Shown here in pieces: positions 16,844 through 19,058 of a stretch of DNA of 19,058 nt (position 1 is its first letter; each line of letters begins with the position of its first letter). The position numbers and the translations under genes were made by a program. Below the pieces are notes generated by a model. That model worked only from the letters and a program-made list of their open reading frames with translations, made no database searches and had not been told where the DNA came from. The stretch is from an uncultured bacterium. GTDB lineage: Bacteria > Oederibacteriota > JAAXVQ01 > JAUVAV01. The DNA lies in contig CAVQBK010000008.1 of NCBI GenBank assembly GCA_963710755.1, forward strand, positions 1 to 19,058, written 5' to 3'.

Positions 16844-17493
16844 TTGGTCGCCGTCACCATTAATTCCATGCCCAGCATGGCCTTGATTAGTTTGACCATT
16901 TTTACATGCGCTTCCAGATCCTTGCTCAGAGATTTGGGGGTATAGCGCTGAGGATGGACTTCCGGCATATAGGGTTTGCAGGGCCCGCCAAAAAATCGGT
17001 ACCAGGTCTGCTCCAAAATAAGCCAAAAAAGGTTGGCACAGTTTTCCGTGGTGATAAATATGGTCCCGCCCGGTTTCAAAACACGGGTCAGCTCTTTCAG
17101 CGCAGGATGAGGATTTTCCAAATGTTCAATGGCATTGGTAAAGAGAATTAAGTCAAATTGGTCATCTTCAAAAGGCAGCGTTTCCAGGGGAGAACAGATA
17201 AAAGTGCCCTGACGATGCTTTTGACAATAAGCCACGGACTCCGCTTCGATGTCCACGCCGGTTAACTCCAGTCTGGGCGCCATGCCTGCGCTCACAATGC
17301 CGGCACCGCAGCCGGCATCCAAAACTTGGGCATGATCAGGAAGAGCGGCCGCCAGCTTGGCCGCGGTTTGGAGTTTGGGCGCATGAAAGATATTGCGGGG
17401 AAAGGTCAAACTGCCGGTAATGTAATCCAAATAATATTCGTCATTGGCCCCGCGGCCCATGCGTTGTGTTTTGGGTTTGGTTTTTGACGGCAT
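16840..17493 (-). CDS. Class I SAM-dependent methyltransferase (Methyltransf_11-like)
   Basis: VLDAGCGAG, GVDI, LPFEDDQFD, AIEHL, RVLKPGG. GGAGG RBS. Translationally coupled to the GT-C gene. Confidence 0.88.
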   Translation of the reverse strand: MPSKTKPKTQRMGRGANDEYYLDYITGSLTFPRNIFHAPKLQTAAKLAAALPDHAQVLDAGCGAGIVSAGMAPRLELTGVDIEAESVAYCQKHRQGTFICSPLETLPFEDDQFDLILFTNAIEHLENPHPALKELTRVLKPGGTIFITTENCANLFWLILEQTWYRFFGGPCKPYMPEVHPQRYTPKSLSKDLEAHVKMVKLIKAMLGMELMVTATK

Positions 17494-17607
17494 CGTTCCT
17501 CCCGGATGGAAACATCTCTGTCATTATCTAAGCCGGCCGAACCGGATAAAATGATTCACCACTAAGACAACAAAACACAAAGAAAAATTTAATTTCTTTC
17601 GCCCTTT

Positions 17608-18732
17608 TCATGCGGCTTTGAAAAATTGCTTAATGCCTGCAATCACCCGGCGTACATCCTGATCGCTAATCTCAGGCGCAATAGGCAGGCAGAGCACCTG
17701 GTGCGCCACCGCATTGGCCACGGGATAGGCTTTTTGGGCTGAAGCCAACATGCTGAAAGCCGGTTGACGGTGCAAGGGCAGGGGGTAATGAACGGCCGTG
17801 CTGATCTGCCGGCCTTTTAAAAACAGCTGCAGCCGGTCGCGGCCTGCCGTTAAGATGGCATATTGATGAAACACGTGGGTAGCACCCGGTTGCACCTGGG
17901 GTACTTGCACCAGTTCTTTCAAGCCCGCACTGTACGCTGCTGCCATGGATTGGCGCCGCTCATTCCACCAGGGCAGATAGGGCAGCTTGACCATGAGCGC
18001 CGCAGCCTGCAGAGTGTCGAGACGACTGTTGTAACCCACTTCTTCATGAATATATTTGTGGTGGGCACCATGTTGGCGCAGCCGAACTGCCCGCTGGGCC
18101 AGCTTGGCCTTTTGGGTCAGCAGCATGCCTCCGTCGCCCAGACCGCCCAGATTTTTAGTTGGAAAAAAAGACAAGCAGCCGAAGTCCCCAAAGGTGCCTG
18201 CCGCCTTGCCTTTCCAGGTGGCACCCAAGGCCTGAGCCGCATCTTCGATCACCAGCAACTTGGCCTGTTTGGCAAAGGCCATCAAGGCCGTCATATTGGC
18301 CGCCTGGCCGTATAAATGGACAGGAATAATGGCCTTGGTTTTTTTAGTCAGCTTTTTTTCAGCAGCCGTCAGATCGAGCATAAAGGTCTCAGGTTCGATA
18401 TCCACCATCACCGGTGTAGCCCCGGCCAGCATCACGGCCGAGGCCGTAGCCATAAAGGAAAAGTCAGGCACCAGCACTTCATCCCCCGGCCCCAGATCCA
18501 GGGCCTTGAGGGCAATCAGCAGCGCATCGGTCCCGGAATTAACGCCGATGGCTGCTTTGGAATGGGTCATCCGGGCAATTTCCTTTTCCAGAGCACCAAC
18601 TTCGGGGCCAAGGATGAACTGGCTGCTGTCCACCACTTGGGCCATGGCGGCCAGCATGGCTTTTTTCAAGGCCCGGTTCTGGGCCTGAATGTCGAGAAAT
18701 TTAACTTCCGCGGAGGCGTTTTTTTTTGTCAT
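17608..18732 (-). CDS. DegT/DnrJ/EryC1/StrS-family PLP-dependent nucleotide-sugar aminotransferase
   Basis: NSGTDAL, IIPVHLYGQ, IEDAAQA, SFFPTKNLG (PLP lysine), GDGG, GYNSRLD. AAGGTG RBS favours ATG 18732 over GTG 18744. Confidence 0.93.
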   Translation of the reverse strand: MTKKNASAEVKFLDIQAQNRALKKAMLAAMAQVVDSSQFILGPEVGALEKEIARMTHSKAAIGVNSGTDALLIALKALDLGPGDEVLVPDFSFMATASAVMLAGATPVMVDIEPETFMLDLTAAEKKLTKKTKAIIPVHLYGQAANMTALMAFAKQAKLLVIEDAAQALGATWKGKAAGTFGDFGCLSFFPTKNLGGLGDGGMLLTQKAKLAQRAVRLRQHGAHHKYIHEEVGYNSRLDTLQAAALMVKLPYLPWWNERRQSMAAAYSAGLKELVQVPQVQPGATHVFHQYAILTAGRDRLQLFLKGRQISTAVHYPLPLHRQPAFSMLASAQKAYPVANAVAHQVLCLPIAPEISDQDVRRVIAGIKQFFKAA

Positions 18733-18773
18733 ATGTTGATTCACCTTTTGCTGTTCCTAAAATAAGAAAACCC

Positions 18774-18801
18774 GCAGGGGTTCAAGTTGTTGTGCCCCTG
18801 C
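18774..18801. repeat. GC-rich hairpin GCAGGGG-N14-CCCCTGC (GTAG-type REP variant or terminator)
   Basis: Perfect 7-bp stem, followed on the minus strand by GGGTTTTCTTATTTT. It starts 17 nt after the stop of the FkbM-like fragment. Confidence 0.5.
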
Positions 18802-18818
18802 AATTTTTTCAGCGCTGC

Positions 18819-19019
18819 TCAGCGCCGGTTTTCCATCCTGACATAAATATCTCCAAAAATCGTTTTATCCGGCAAGGTTTGCAGATAGGTAGCCATGGCG
18901 TCTGCACGGTACCAGGACGGTAACGCCCAAGTCATGCTCTCTCCTTGGGAAAAATTAAATGTTACCTTGCCCAGACGATCGAGGTAGCCAAGGCATTGCA
19001 GGGCTGCCTCGGCGTAAGC
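18819..19019 (-). pseudogene. 3' fragment of a probable FkbM-family methyltransferase (not in the ORF track)
   Basis: Reads AYAEAALQCLGYLDRLGKVTFNFSQGESMTWALPSWYRADAMATYLQTLPDKTIFGDIYVRMENRR*. The FN.S.GES...W...GDIY.R ending is the one I recognise from FkbM-family proteins. All three minus-strand frames have stops within the next 40 nt upstream. Confidence 0.6.
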
Positions 19020-19058
19020 AATACCTTAATGAGTCAATAAGTTATGAATACATAACAC
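19019..19058. mobile_element. Possible terminus of an insertion sequence (IS4-like CAATAC end)
   Basis: Abrupt switch to AT-rich sequence beginning CAATACCTTAATGAGTCAATAAGTT exactly where the FkbM-like frame breaks. Only 40 nt are visible and no transposase is in the window. Confidence 0.3.

Noticed and set aside
16844-17026. 61-aa N-terminal extension of the GT-C ORF (925-aa call)
   Set aside because: It overlaps the methyltransferase in another frame. The ATGA-coupled ATG at 16843 is the more plausible start.
4999-18765. Long plus-strand ORFs such as 4999..5640, 7624..8169, 11709..12494, 13420..14130, 17863..18315 and 18316..18765
   Set aside because: They lie almost entirely antisense to well-supported genes and have no recognisable motifs.

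Overview
Bacterial (diderm) genomic window with two parts. Left (173-5892): two convergent genes for secreted beta-propeller proteins. Each has a signal peptide, a Thr/Pro-rich linker and a T9SS type-A-like C-terminal sorting domain, and both are broken by frameshifts. They sit next to an intact PorV/PorQ-family outer-membrane beta-barrel gene. Right (6100-19019, all minus strand): a large secreted discoidin-domain/six-hairpin glycosidase and a divergent UbiE/MenG-like methyltransferase. These are followed by a lipid-linked glycosylation cluster: GT2 polyprenol-phosphate glycosyltransferase, PRK07233-type flavoprotein, UPF0104 flippase-like protein, GT-C transferase with tandem PA14 domains, SAM methyltransferase, DegT aminotransferase and a truncated FkbM-like fragment ending at a possible IS terminus. 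Intergenic spacers hold several different REP-like palindromes and a thrice-repeated TTARCTTAGG motif bracketing the two cargo genes. No rRNA, tRNA or CRISPR array was seen. Main hypothesis (inference): a T9SS-like export module in a non-Bacteroidota lineage, linked to a protein O-glycosylation pathway for Thr-rich cargo linkers. All family calls come from motif recognition by eye, not database searches.
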